Source of the DNA: a virus
Lineage: Duplodnaviria > Caudoviricetes
Reading direction: 5' to 3' (one strand)
Virus record (IMG/VR): IMGVR_UViG_3300021400_000126
Span: 69,307 to 133,306 of that record
DNA length: 64,000 nucleotides
The notes beneath the pieces are model-generated. The model searched no databases. It was given only the letters and a program-made list of their open reading frames with translations, and had not been told where the DNA came from. Below are positions 38,901 through 49,478 of this stretch, piece after piece. Position numbers and translations under genes: made by a program. Numbering within the stretch: the stretch's first letter is position 1; every line of letters begins with the position of its first letter.

Positions 38901-39548
38901 TTTTCCCGAAATATCTTGATGTTGTGTAAGATAATTTTTATCTTCAACCCATTCTTTTTTAGCATATTTTGTTAAATCAACATTTGCTAAAAGATTTGGT
39001 GTTATAAAAACAGAATTACCATTTGTAAATTTTAATATATATTCAGATTCAGTATTAGCAACAATCTCTACTACAATAGATGTACCATCCTATCCATTAA
39101 CACCATTTGTTACATAGTAATTTGATGTAGTAGCATCTGAATAATAAATAGTATAAATATCCACATTTTCTGAACTAGAAGTTTTTGCTATTCTAACAAT
39201 TCCTCTACCATTTTTTCCATCAATACCATCAATGCCATTTTTTATTACAAAAGTTCCAGTAGTGTTATCTGTATAATAAATGGTATAAGTATCAACATTG
39301 TTAATATTAGAAGTTTTAACAACCTTATCTATTCCTCTTCCATTAACTCCATCTATTCCATCAATACCATCTTTTCCATGTAAACTGGCTAACCATTCTT
39401 CCTCAGTACCTTCATATCCATTTAATACTGCTAAATCATAAGCTGAATATCCTCTAAAAAAAGCATTAGATATTGTTGCACAGGCCTCTTGATGACCCTA
39501 AATTTTTCCAACAACAGAAGGAATTGATTTTCCTAAATTATTTGACAT
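35904..39548 (-). CDS. long mosaic tail fibre (~1214 aa)
   Basis: track ORF 35904..38885 extends upstream through TAGs to MSNNLGK; GYSAYDLAV.NGYEGTEEEWLASLHG, short collagen-like GxD motifs, YLTQHQDISGKA and ATSGSYxDL repeats. Confidence 0.8.
37854..38508. repeat. 43-bp perfect direct repeats (37854-37896, 38466-38508)
   Basis: ATAACTCCCACTTGTAGCAACCATTGCTAAATCCGCAGAATTA occurs twice; divergent third copy near 38856-38890. Confidence 0.85.
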
Positions 39549-39549
39549 A

Positions 39550-39930
39550 TTAATCACCATCCTATTGATTTTTCTTTGGAAGAGTGACTTCATTTAACAA
39601 ATTAAAATCAGCAGAAAGTATTGTAAAAATATCGCTACCTATTTTTAATTCTACATCATAATAATAATCAATAGATGTATCTGCCCCATTAGTATTCTAT
39701 GGTACAATATGCCAGGTAGCAGTTCCATCGCCATTATCAGTTATATCCCCTTCAAATAAAAAAGCCTATTCTGCATCATCATTATATTTCCAACGCACTT
39801 GAACTCTAATATCATCAGTTTCAGGATTTAAAACATATGGATCTTTTTTTGAATCTACAAGATTTATAGTTAAATATGCGGAGTCACCACGGGTTAATTG
39901 TATATTCCCCTTTCTATTAACTTTAAACAT
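39550..39930 (-). CDS. BppU-N-like baseplate protein (126 aa, 3 TAG)
   Basis: absent from the track. NIQLTRGDSAYL..HIVP*NT..YYYDVELK..F.LLNEVT; AAGGAG RBS. Confidence 0.75.
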
Positions 39931-39984
39931 AAATATTAACTCCTTCCATTTTTATATAAATATAATTATTTTATTTATCGCTCC

Positions 39985-40075
39985 TGTTATATTTTATAAA
40001 AAATAACCATTTATTATTATCTTTTTTCGACCATCTAAAAATTTCTTTGATATTTTATAAAAAATTTGTTATAAT
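39985..40075. promoter_or_regulatory. divergent control region: leftward late motif (GGTCGA 40032-40027) and rightward sigmaA promoter
   Basis: TTGATA(40047)-17-TATAAT(40070) with extended TG. Confidence 0.65.
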
Positions 40076-40196
40076 TTTATAAGAAAGGTTAATAAGAATT
40101 GTTAAAGAAAGGAAAATAAAATGAGATTATGGCATAAAAATATCTTTGTAACGAGATAAAAAATTTTGATTTTAAAGAAATAAATGAGGGATAAAT

Positions 40197-41039
40197 ATGA
40201 ATAAAGTATTAATGTGCGGTGACCTTCATGGAGATTGGAAACCCATTAGGAATTTATACCAAACCATGTTTAAAAAACAACCTTTAGTCGAGAATGATGT
40301 ATTAATTGTTCTTGGTGATTTTGGTGCAAATTTTTTCTTTAATCATAGAGATATTGAATATAAAAAGAAACTTGGTAAATATAAAATTACATATTTTATT
40401 ATTCGAGGTAATCATGAAGAACGACCTAGTATTTGTATGAATAAAAATCCAAATGCTTGGCATATTGAAGAATTTTGGGGAAATCAAGTCTATGTAGAAA
40501 ATAATTATTCTTATATTAAATATGCTCTCGATATTCCTGCAAAATATGAGATTCCAATAACACAAGAAAAGACTATAAAAACACTAGTTCTTCCTGGCGC
40601 ATATAGTGTAGATAAATATGTTCGACTTGCAAATAATTGGAGTTGGTTTCCTCAAGAGCAATGTAATAGGGAGGAAATGGCGGCGGGAGCTGTTTTTGCA
40701 CAGTCACATAGTTGGGATCTTGTACTTTCTCATACTTGCCCTGTAATATATGAACCAACTGATTTATTTTTGTCAGTTGTTGACCAGTCTACTGTTGATA
40801 AAACTACTGAGCGGTGGTTGGGTGAAATTGAATATGGTCTAGATTATAAGCTCTGGGCATTTGGGCACTTCCATTCTCTTCGAGTATATCCGGAATATCA
40901 AGGAAAACAAATGTTGATGCTTTTTAATAATACTTTTTTTGATGTTTATAAATATTTTTGTGGCCATTATAACTTATATGATTCTTTAGTAAAAATAAAC
41001 GATGCTAAAATAGACAATCTTAATTTGTTTTTTAAATAA
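40197..41039 (+). CDS. calcineurin-like metallophosphoesterase
   Basis: GDLHG, LGDFG, RGNHE, SHTCP, FGHFH. Confidence 0.9.
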   Translation: MNKVLMCGDLHGDWKPIRNLYQTMFKKQPLVENDVLIVLGDFGANFFFNHRDIEYKKKLGKYKITYFIIRGNHEERPSICMNKNPNAWHIEEFWGNQVYVENNYSYIKYALDIPAKYEIPITQEKTIKTLVLPGAYSVDKYVRLANNWSWFPQEQCNREEMAAGAVFAQSHSWDLVLSHTCPVIYEPTDLFLSVVDQSTVDKTTERWLGEIEYGLDYKLWAFGHFHSLRVYPEYQGKQMLMLFNNTFFDVYKYFCGHYNLYDSLVKINDAKIDNLNLFFK

Positions 41040-41083
41040 AATTTTGATATAATATTTATAGAAAAAAGAAAGGAGAAATAAAA

Positions 41084-41302
41084 ATGGATTTAGATAAAAT
41101 TACTGATATTGAATTATTACGCACTTTATGTAAAAGAAATATGATGTGTATGACTGAAACCATTGAAACTCCTACCCATATTTATAAAAAAGGCGAATGG
41201 TATTTTTTCTTACAAGATGAAGATGGGATTTTTTTATATCTCAATAATGTTACTTGTGGTCTTTTTTTAGATTATGATGAAGCAGAAAGGTTTTTAATAT
41301 GA
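41084..41302 (+). CDS. hypothetical protein
   Basis: AAGGAG RBS; sigmaA-like promoter at 41025-41053. Confidence 0.65.
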   Translation: MDLDKITDIELLRTLCKRNMMCMTETIETPTHIYKKGEWYFFLQDEDGIFLYLNNVTCGLFLDYDEAERFLI

Positions 41303-41478
41303 AACATTGTGATAGAAGTTCTGAATGTGCATACGGAAATGCTTTTGAAAAAAATACTTGTGCATATCATGAAGACTTACATGAATATGACCTTTGTCCT
41401 CTCCTTCTTTATCATTGGGAGGAAATAATTGATGCTTTGGAAGAATGTAAAAAAAGGAGTTATTATAATGAAGATTAA
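41299..41478 (+). CDS. small Cys-rich hypothetical protein (59 aa)
   Basis: ATGA overlap with the upstream gene. Confidence 0.5.
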   Translation: MKHCDRSSECAYGNAFEKNTCAYHEDLHEYDLCPLLLYHWEEIIDALEECKKRSYYNED

Positions 41479-41638
41479 AATAACAGTATCTTATCCTTGG
41501 CCTAATATAACAGATGATAAAGAAATTATTGAAATTGAAAAAGATGAATTAAAAATTATAAATAAAATTGTAGATGAAACTGCTTTAGATATGATTTTTA
41601 ATCGCGGTGTTGAATATAATTATGAAATTCTTGAATAA
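41468..41638 (+). CDS. hypothetical protein
   Basis: AAGGAG RBS before MKIKITV. Confidence 0.55.
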   Translation: MKIKITVSYPWPNITDDKEIIEIEKDELKIINKIVDETALDMIFNRGVEYNYEILE

Positions 41639-41654
41639 AAGAAGGTGACAAATA

Positions 41655-42890
41655 ATGCTTAATAAAAACAATGAGCGTGAATTAGCTTATGTAACTCTCA
41701 TCAAAGATATAACTCCAATTGAAGGATATGATAGAGTTGAATTAGCTCATGTAGAAGGATGGACTGTTATAGTTGGTAAGGGAGAGTTTGAAGTAGGAGA
41801 CCCCGCAATTTATTTTGAGATTGATTCTAAACTTCCTGAGGTTGAACCTTTTACTAACATGGATTTTCTTGCTAAAAAACATTATAAGGTTAAAACTCAA
41901 AAGATGTGTAAGCGAATTTCACAGGGTTTACTTATGTCTGCTGAAAACTTTGGATGGGAAGCACAAGCTAATGTAGATAATGATGGCGGCTGTTGCTTAA
42001 TAAAAGATAATAACGGGATATACCATTATAACACTGATGAATCTCGCTTCCTTACAAAACAGCTTGGTGTAACTTATGCTGTTACAGAAGATAATAAAAG
42101 AAAAGCTAACTCCGCAGACAAATATAAAAAAATGGCACAACGTCATGGAAAATTATTCTCTAAACAGCCTTTCCGCTGGTTAATGAAACGAACTTGGGGT
42201 AAAAAACTTCTTTACGTATTTTTTGGGCGTAAAAGAGATAAAAAATCTAGTTGGCCTGCTTGGGTAGTAAAAACTGATGAAGAGCGTGTTCAGAATATGC
42301 CTTGGATTTTGAATGATAAAGAACCCTGGATTGCAACTGAAAAAATTGACGGTACTTCTACTACTTTTACTATGAAGCGTGGAAAATGGCCTCACAAAAA
42401 TGAGTTTTACATTTGCTCTCGTAATGTAGTATTTGATAAGCCCGACAAAACTTGTTTCTACGATACTAACGTATATACAGAAATGGCAAATAAATATGAA
42501 GTAGAAAAAGTTTTAACTACTCTTTTAAGTATTTTTCCTAAAGCAGAATGGATTACTATTCAAGGTGAAACTTATGGAACAGGCATCCAAAAACGTGATT
42601 ATTCTATGAAAAATCATGATTTTATGGCTTTTAATTTAATTATGTCTCATACTGGAAGATGGAATACAAAAGATATGACAAATCTATTAAATAAATATTT
42701 TATTCCATCTGTACCTATTGTAGATGATAATTTTATTCTTCCTGATACTATAAATGAACTTTTAAATTATGCAACAGGAAAATCTGTAGTGGATGGAAAA
42801 ATGCGAGAAGGAATCGTTTTTCGTTCTCAGGATGGGGCTAAATCTTTTAAAGCAGTATCTAATGAGTTTCTTCTGAAATATCATCAGTAA
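41655..42890 (+). CDS. RNA ligase (Rnl2/DRB0094-like)
   Basis: TEKIDGTS motif I, CSRN, QGETYG, REGIVFR, SFKAVS; N-terminal OB-like domain. Confidence 0.9.
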   Translation: MLNKNNERELAYVTLIKDITPIEGYDRVELAHVEGWTVIVGKGEFEVGDPAIYFEIDSKLPEVEPFTNMDFLAKKHYKVKTQKMCKRISQGLLMSAENFGWEAQANVDNDGGCCLIKDNNGIYHYNTDESRFLTKQLGVTYAVTEDNKRKANSADKYKKMAQRHGKLFSKQPFRWLMKRTWGKKLLYVFFGRKRDKKSSWPAWVVKTDEERVQNMPWILNDKEPWIATEKIDGTSTTFTMKRGKWPHKNEFYICSRNVVFDKPDKTCFYDTNVYTEMANKYEVEKVLTTLLSIFPKAEWITIQGETYGTGIQKRDYSMKNHDFMAFNLIMSHTGRWNTKDMTNLLNKYFIPSVPIVDDNFILPDTINELLNYATGKSVVDGKMREGIVFRSQDGAKSFKAVSNEFLLKYHQ

Positions 42891-42900
42891 TAAAAATTTT

Positions 42901-42954
42901 ACAAGGTGGTAATAAAATTACCACCTTGTTTTTTTTATTATTTTTTGTTATAAT
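42901..42954 (+). terminator. terminator overlapping a sigmaA-like promoter
   Basis: ACAAGGTGGTAAT-AAA-ATTACCACCTTGT plus T-run; TTGTTT-17-TATAAT. Confidence 0.75.
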
Positions 42955-42995
42955 ATATATAAAGGATAAAGAAAAAAGAAAGGAAGTGTATAAAA

Positions 42996-43295
42996 ATGGG
43001 GAAAAAACATAATAACTTTACTATATCAAGAATGTTTTGTTGTAATTGTGGAAAAGAGGGTGTCCCAATCAGTAGAAAGATTGGTCAGTATAGAGAGCCT
43101 GGTCATTTAAAAAAAATGTATTGTATTCATTGTGGAAAAACATGGAATCATGCAGAAGTTCGTTCAATGTATAGTGATTATAATTATGAAGATTTTAAAA
43201 CTGAGTTAAAATATAATAATTTTGATGAAAATGGAAATAGAAAAAAACCTTATAGAATTTTTAGAGGAGAATTAAAACAGGAGGGGCTTATTTAA
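42996..43295 (+). CDS. zinc-ribbon protein
   Basis: CCNCG...GHLKKMYCIHCG. Confidence 0.7.
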   Translation: MGKKHNNFTISRMFCCNCGKEGVPISRKIGQYREPGHLKKMYCIHCGKTWNHAEVRSMYSDYNYEDFKTELKYNNFDENGNRKKPYRIFRGELKQEGLI

Positions 43296-43795
43296 TGGGT
43301 GATTTATACTTAATGTGCGGGCTGCCTGGCTCTGGAAAAAGCACTTTTCTCAAAACCAGAATTAAAAATAAGGAAACTTCTGCAATTATTTCAAGAGATG
43401 AGATTAGATTTGCTCTTGTCAAACCTGAAGAAGAATATTTTTCTCATGAAAATGAAGTTTATAAAGAACTTTGGACAAAAATAAATGAAGCATTAACTGT
43501 TAAAAAAGATGTTTTTGTTGACCAAACTTCATTAACCCCAAAAGCAAGAAAATGGTTGTTATCTCATGTTCATGGCTATATTAATGCAAATTTAATTTGG
43601 ATTGATGAAGATTTAAACACCTGTTTAGAAAGAAATGAATTACGACGCGGAACTCGTGCTTATGTTCCAAAAAGTGTTATCCGTAGAATGAGTTATCAAT
43701 TCATTGAACCATCTCTTGATGAAGGGTTTGATTATATTTTTCGTTATAATAGTGAAGAAAATAAAATAATTTATAAAACTCGTGTTACAATTTAA
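43295..43795 (+). CDS. polynucleotide kinase-like P-loop protein (AAA_33)
   Basis: GLPGSGKST, SRDEIR, DQTSL, CLERNELR..VP. Confidence 0.85.
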   Translation: MGDLYLMCGLPGSGKSTFLKTRIKNKETSAIISRDEIRFALVKPEEEYFSHENEVYKELWTKINEALTVKKDVFVDQTSLTPKARKWLLSHVHGYINANLIWIDEDLNTCLERNELRRGTRAYVPKSVIRRMSYQFIEPSLDEGFDYIFRYNSEENKIIYKTRVTI

Positions 43796-43869
43796 AAATA
43801 ATTAAATCATTTTAATATATTAATATAAAGTTAGAATTAAAAGAATTAATTCAATAAGGGGGTGTTTAT

Positions 43870-44420
43870 ATGGCAAATCAAATTTGGTTCTCATCTGATT
43901 TGCATCTCTAAATCATAATAAACCTTTTATTTATGAAGAACGAGGATTTACAAATATTTATAATATGAATAATACAATAATTAAAAATTTTCATAGTCTC
44001 ATTAAACCTGATGATGATTTATATCTTCTAGGCGATACCTTTCTTGGAGATTTGTCCGCGGGGATTAGTCTTTTTAATCAACTCCCTGGTAAGATTCACT
44101 TAATCTGGGGAAATCATTGCACCAGCAACCGCAGCATCGCAATGGCAAAATGTCACAATGTAGTTGAAATTTGTGGCTATGCTAGTGTACTTAATTATCA
44201 TAAATGGCATTTTTATCTTAGTCATTATCCCACTCTTACTACAAATTTTGATGATATTAATAAACCACTTAAAAAAAGAATTCTTTGTCTTGCGGGACAT
44301 ACCCATTCAAAAGAAATCTTTGAATCTTGTGGTTCATATAATGTTTCAGTAGATGCTCATAATTGTTTCCCTGTTTCTATTGAACAAATCATTAAGGATT
44401 TTCAGGTCAAATATAGCTAA
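43870..44420 (+). pseudogene. metallophosphoesterase with a frameshift after codon 13
   Basis: MANQIWFSSDLHL-TAA, then NHNKPFIYEERGF in another frame from 43911; LLGD, GNHC, LSHYP, GHTH. Confidence 0.7.
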
Positions 44421-44455
44421 TTTTATTTAAATATTTTTTTATAAATATAGAGAAA
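44405..44455 (+). promoter_or_regulatory. putative late-promoter motif upstream of holin-lysin
   Basis: GGTCAA-N4-AGCTAA...ATTTTTTTATA. Confidence 0.5.
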
Positions 44456-44525
44456 AATGAAAATATTTAAGGAACTAATGTAAAAATATTAGTTCCTTAT
44501 TTTTTATATAAAGGAGGAAAATAAT

Positions 44526-44804
44526 ATGAATTTAAAAGTAAGATTTAAAAATCCTATTTTTATTGCTCAATTAGTTCTTGCAATTTTAACCCCAATTTTA
44601 GCATATGCGGGATTGACTATGCAAGACCTCACAACATGGAAAACTTTAGGGGAATTACTTTTAAATGCTCTTAGTAATCCATATGTCCTTGGATTAATTA
44701 TAATTTCAGTATGGAATGCATTAAATGATCCTACTACAGAAGGAGTTGGAGATAGTGCCCAAGCATTAAAATATGATATTCCTAAACCAAAAATTAAAGG
44801 ATAA
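44526..44804 (+). CDS. holin (phiLC3-like)
   Basis: NLKVRFKNP, two TM segments, NDPTTEGVGDS. Confidence 0.9.
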   Translation: MNLKVRFKNPIFIAQLVLAILTPILAYAGLTMQDLTTWKTLGELLLNALSNPYVLGLIIISVWNALNDPTTEGVGDSAQALKYDIPKPKIKG

Positions 44805-44818
44805 ATAGGAGTATACTT

Positions 44819-46327
44819 ATGACAACAAAAATTAAAGGAATAGATATATCTTATCATGAAGGTACAATTGATTTTAAAAAAGTTTTATAGGATGGAATTA
44901 AATTTATTGTAATTAGATAGGGATATAGAAAAACTATTGATCCAAAATTTGTTGAATATGTAAAAGAATGTAAAAAAAATAATATTCCTATTTTAACCTA
45001 TCATTTTATTTATACCGATGGAGCAACAATAAAACAAAATGCTAAATCAACCTATGATAATCTTAAAAAGGCGGGGCTTGATCCAGTTAATACATGGATT
45101 GCCGCAGATCTTGAACATGACACTTGGAAAAAAAATCATGAAAAATGTACAAGAGATAAATGTACTAAGTATACAAAATAGTATTTAAATGAATTAGAAA
45201 AATTAGGTTGTAAAAAACTATTTATTTATATGAATAATGATTATTATGAAAATTATTATAATATAAATTAGATAAAAAAATATCCAATATGGTTAGCTCA
45301 TTATGGAGTTTCTAAACCTAAACATAACTGTTTTATTTTTCAATATTCTGAAAAAGGTAAGGTTAATGGAATTAATTCATATGTTGATATGAATTATTTA
45401 TATGATAAAAATATGTTATCTAAAACAACAATAGTAACAACTGTAACTAAAAAATTAGAAAAAAAGGAAGGTAGTACTAAATTGAATACAACAGTAAAAC
45501 AGACAGGAGAAATTACTGCTCATCTATTAAATATTAGAACCTGGGCTGGAATGTAGAATCCCACAGTATCTTTTTCTCCTCTTCCAAAAGAAACTAAATT
45601 AGGTATTTGTGATAGTATAAAAGATAAAGATGGTGTTGTTTGGTATTATATTAAATATAATGACAAATATGGTTTTGTTTCTTCTAAATTTATAAAAATA
45701 ATAGCTAAAACAACTTAGAAAAATAAAGAAACCGTTAATAAAGTTATCAATACTAAAAAAGCAACTCAAAATGATAAATATATCAATAGTAAAACAACTC
45801 ATTACATTTCTAATTGCAGTAAAGATGAAAGAGGCCGATTATCTGGCGGGAAGGCTGGAGATCAAACTGGTTCATAGTGGTGTTTAAAAGCCTGGTATAA
45901 TAGACCTTGGAACTATGTGTTACGACATCCGCAAGAAAAAGTAAGATTAAAGTTAGCTGATTTAGGAATCAAAGCAGCTTTAAATAATAAAATTGGTTAT
46001 GATCAAGGTCAAAGAAATTCCTATTGGACTCAATTAAAAAATAATAAATATGACCCAAGTAAAATTACAACTGCATGTGAGGCTGATTGTTCTGCGGGGG
46101 TTATCGCAAACACAAGGGCAGTTGGACAGTTGCTTGATATTGATGCATTAAAAAATTTAAGAGCATCCTATACGGGTGATATGCGGTCTGGATTTAAAAA
46201 TGCTGGTTTTAAAGTGTTAACAGATAAAAAATATACAAAAGGCTATGATTATTTATTACCTGGAGATATTTTATTATATGAGGGTCATCACACCGCAACA
46301 AATATTACAAAAGGAAAAAAGGCATAA
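44819..46327 (+). CDS. endolysin: GH25 muramidase + SH3b + Cys/His amidase-like domain (502 aa, several TAG)
   Basis: KGIDISYH, YHF, ADLE, IWLAHY, FQYSEKG, VDMN; LNIRTWAG; GDQTG, CEADCS, GHHTA; in frame with fragment 45917. Confidence 0.85.
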
Positions 46328-46334
46328 TTTATTA

Positions 46335-46379
46335 TATAGGTAATTTAATAGCTAAAGCTATTAAATTACCTATTTTTTT
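46335..46379 (+). terminator. intrinsic terminator
   Basis: ATAGGTAATTTAATAGC-TAAA-GCTATTAAATTACCTAT-TTTTT. Confidence 0.85.
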
Positions 46380-46445
46380 ATTTTATTTGAAAAATATATA
46401 TATTTATATTATAATATATTATATAATAAAAAGAAGGTGTTATTA

Positions 46446-46967
46446 ATGTTATATTTTTATATTGATGGTTCTGCTACAAACAATGGAAAAGAAAATTCAA
46501 AAGGTGGTTATGGTATAATTATTTTTGATGAATATAATAATTTAATAGATGCCTATTGTGAATATTTTAATAATGTAACTAATAATCAAATGGAGTTAAA
46601 GGCTTTTTTAAAATCCTTTGAATTATTAAATACTAAATATAAAAATCAACAAGCTACTATTTATTCAGATTCCGCTTATTGTATTAATATCCTTAATTCT
46701 TGGATATATACTTGGAGTAAAAATAATTGGAAAACCGCAAAAGGTGATACAATTAAAAATTTAGATATTATTCAATCTTTATATGAATATTATAATATAA
46801 ATTTTTTTGTTAATCAAATCTATATAATTAAAGTCGAAGGACATAAAGGCATTATAGGAAATGAATTAAGTGATGCCTTAGCAAAGGCAGACAAGTTAAA
46901 ATTTTCTAATATTATATTACAAAATCATATAAACATTAACCTTTCTGAAAAAACTTGCCAAAATTAA
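46446..46967 (+). CDS. rnhA: ribonuclease HI
   Basis: IDGSA, TNNQMEL, YSDSAY, VEGHKG..GNELSDALA. Confidence 0.9.
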   Translation: MLYFYIDGSATNNGKENSKGGYGIIIFDEYNNLIDAYCEYFNNVTNNQMELKAFLKSFELLNTKYKNQQATIYSDSAYCINILNSWIYTWSKNNWKTAKGDTIKNLDIIQSLYEYYNINFFVNQIYIIKVEGHKGIIGNELSDALAKADKLKFSNIILQNHININLSEKTCQN

Positions 46968-47139
46968 AAAAATATATTATAATATAAATATATAATTAAA
47001 AAGAGGTAAAATGATATGACTTGGAAAGAGTTTATAGAAAATATGGAACGCATTTTTGGATTTAATATAAATTCAAAAGAAAAATTTAGTTTATTTGAAA
47101 TGGAAGCATATATTGAAAAAATTTATGGAGAAAATAATA

Positions 47140-49074
47140 ATGATTGATAAACATTTATACACAGAAGATAGCATTGAGAGTTTATCCCCTCTTGAATTTA
47201 CAAGACTTCGTCCTCAAGTATATGCAGGTGATTGTACTTATTCAACACAATTATTAGTTGAAATTATCTCAAATGCTGTTGATGAATATCGTCTTGGACA
47301 TGGAAATAAAATTGACGTTATTATTGATAATGATATTATTACTGTTCGAGATTATGGACAAGGTTTTATTCCAAATTCTTTCAGAGATGATGGTAAAACA
47401 ATTCTTGAAGCAGCTTTTAGTGTATTAAATACTTCTGGTAAATATCGTGATGATGGAACCTATGAAGGAACATCCCTTGGCTCTTTTGGTATTGGATCTA
47501 AAATAACTACATTTTTAAGTCATTGGTTAAATGTCTCAACTTGGAGAGATAATAAATTTGAACAAATTGTATTTAAAGAAGGTGTATTTGAAGAAAGAGA
47601 AGGCACACCTCATGGACCAGATACAAAAATTTCTCACGGTACGCGAGTGATGTGGCAACCTTCAGAAGAATTTTTTATTCATACAGAAGTAGAATTAAAT
47701 AAAATTCAAGATTTATTTAAAACTATTGTATGTCTTTGCCCTGGATTAACCATTAATTTAAATAATAATGGTAATATAGAACAGTTTGTATCTGCACATG
47801 GTATAAATGACCTTGTTGACGAGGCGGTTAATAGAAAACCTGATGAAAGTCATGGAGAGAAAGAACTTATTAATAATCGTTTTTCAATGAATTTTTCAGA
47901 AGGTAAAAATAAACTTGATATGGTTCTTACATATGCAAGTAATTATTCTTCAACTATTGTACCTTATGTTAATACTGGTTTAACAGAATCTGGACCTCAT
48001 ATTACTCAGATTAAAACTGTTATTACAAGAGAGTTTAATAAATTCTTCAAAGAAAAAAAATGGCTTAAAACTAAAGATTCAAATTTAACAGGTGATGATA
48101 TTCAAGAAGGAATGTATATAGTATTTAATATTACTGCCCCTAATGTAGGATATGATGCACAGGTTAAAAGTAGAATTACAAAAATTGATATGTCTCCTTT
48201 TACTTCTGCATTAAGTACAAATCTTAATATTTGGCTTAATAATAATGAAAAGGAAATTAAATCTATTTTTGAAAAGGCGGTTGCCGCACGTAAAGCACGA
48301 GACGCCGCAAAGAAAGCAAGAGACAAAGCAAGAGAACAGAATAAAAAGAAACAAAAAGCTCTTAAATTTGATAGTAAACTTGCGGATTGTTGGTCTAAAG
48401 ATCGCATGAAATGTGAGATATATGTAACAGAGGGAGATTCTGCCTCAGGCAATTTAAAGTTGGCTCGTAATAATGAATTTGTTGCGGTTATGCCTGTCCG
48501 CGGTAAAATTCTTAATGTAAGAAAAGCAACACTTGATAAAATTCAAAAAAATGCAGAAATTATGACTATGATTGATGCTTTTGGTCTTACTGTTGATATG
48601 AAAACAATGAAGTTAACCTATAATAAAGAAGACCTTCGTTACGGTAAGATTATTATTGAATCTGATGCTGATGTTGATGGTGCTCATATTAAAAATTTAT
48701 TTTATACTTTTATATGGACATTTTGTCCACAATTAATTTTAGATGGATATGTTTATGCAGGTGTTCCCCCTCTTTATAAAATTACCGAAGGAAAGGATAC
48801 TTATATTTATTTAAAAGATGATAATGAATTAGAAAAATATAGAACTAATCATAAAAATAAAAAATATCAAGTTAATCGACTAAAAGGTCTTGGAGAAATG
48901 TCTCCAGATGAGACTTCTATTTTAGTAGATCCAGATAAAAGAATTATTAAACAAGTAACTGTAGAAGATATTGTGACAACTAATAAATTGTTTGATGATT
49001 TAATGGGAACTCAAATTCTTCCTAGAAAAAGATTTATTCAACAACATTCACAGGAGGCAACTTATAATGTGTGA
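47140..49074 (+). CDS. gyrB: type IIA topoisomerase subunit B
   Basis: EIISNAVDE, DYGQG, EGDSA, PVRGKILN, DADVDG, RLKGLGEM. Confidence 0.92.
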   Translation: MIDKHLYTEDSIESLSPLEFTRLRPQVYAGDCTYSTQLLVEIISNAVDEYRLGHGNKIDVIIDNDIITVRDYGQGFIPNSFRDDGKTILEAAFSVLNTSGKYRDDGTYEGTSLGSFGIGSKITTFLSHWLNVSTWRDNKFEQIVFKEGVFEEREGTPHGPDTKISHGTRVMWQPSEEFFIHTEVELNKIQDLFKTIVCLCPGLTINLNNNGNIEQFVSAHGINDLVDEAVNRKPDESHGEKELINNRFSMNFSEGKNKLDMVLTYASNYSSTIVPYVNTGLTESGPHITQIKTVITREFNKFFKEKKWLKTKDSNLTGDDIQEGMYIVFNITAPNVGYDAQVKSRITKIDMSPFTSALSTNLNIWLNNNEKEIKSIFEKAVAARKARDAAKKARDKAREQNKKKQKALKFDSKLADCWSKDRMKCEIYVTEGDSASGNLKLARNNEFVAVMPVRGKILNVRKATLDKIQKNAEIMTMIDAFGLTVDMKTMKLTYNKEDLRYGKIIIESDADVDGAHIKNLFYTFIWTFCPQLILDGYVYAGVPPLYKITEGKDTYIYLKDDNELEKYRTNHKNKKYQVNRLKGLGEMSPDETSILVDPDKRIIKQVTVEDIVTTNKLFDDLMGTQILPRKRFIQQHSQEATYNV

Positions 49075-49270
49075 TTTTTGTAATAATATTATAAATGAAG
49101 AAGATTATAGAAAAAAGAATTCATATGATAGAATAAATTGCCTTGTGAAAATAAATTCATATGATTATGGATTATGGATAGAGTGTGAAGATTGGTATTA
49201 TAGTGGAGTAAAAATGTAGATTTCATATTGTCCAATGTGTGGGAGGCAACTAACAAATGTAGAACAATAA
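49067..49270 (+). CDS. small Zn-binding protein (67 aa, 1 TAG), paralog of 51894..52079
   Basis: MCDFC..YGLWIEC..YCPMCGR. Confidence 0.7.
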
Positions 49271-49478
49271 AAAATGGGAATATGTAAGTAAAAATGAATT
49301 AATTAATTTTATAAAATCATATCCATATCCATTAACTCAAGATTTTTTTATGGATGTTTATTCTTGGAATGATTTTAGAAATAATAAAAAATGGCCTGAA
49401 TCAATGGTAGCAACGGCATATGAAATGTTCGATACAAAAGAATATAAAATAAGAAAGGATTTATATAATGCAGAGTGA
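49257..49478 (+). CDS. hypothetical protein (73 aa, TAG as codon 2)
   Basis: GGGAGG RBS, M*NNKKWEYV...; fills the gap before gyrA. Confidence 0.55.

Noticed and set aside
1871-39930. Structural region as a decayed prophage or low-quality assembly
   Set aside because: The breaks examined are in-frame TAG only, frames are preserved over up to 9 kb, and genes abut with proper RBSs and TAA/TGA stops
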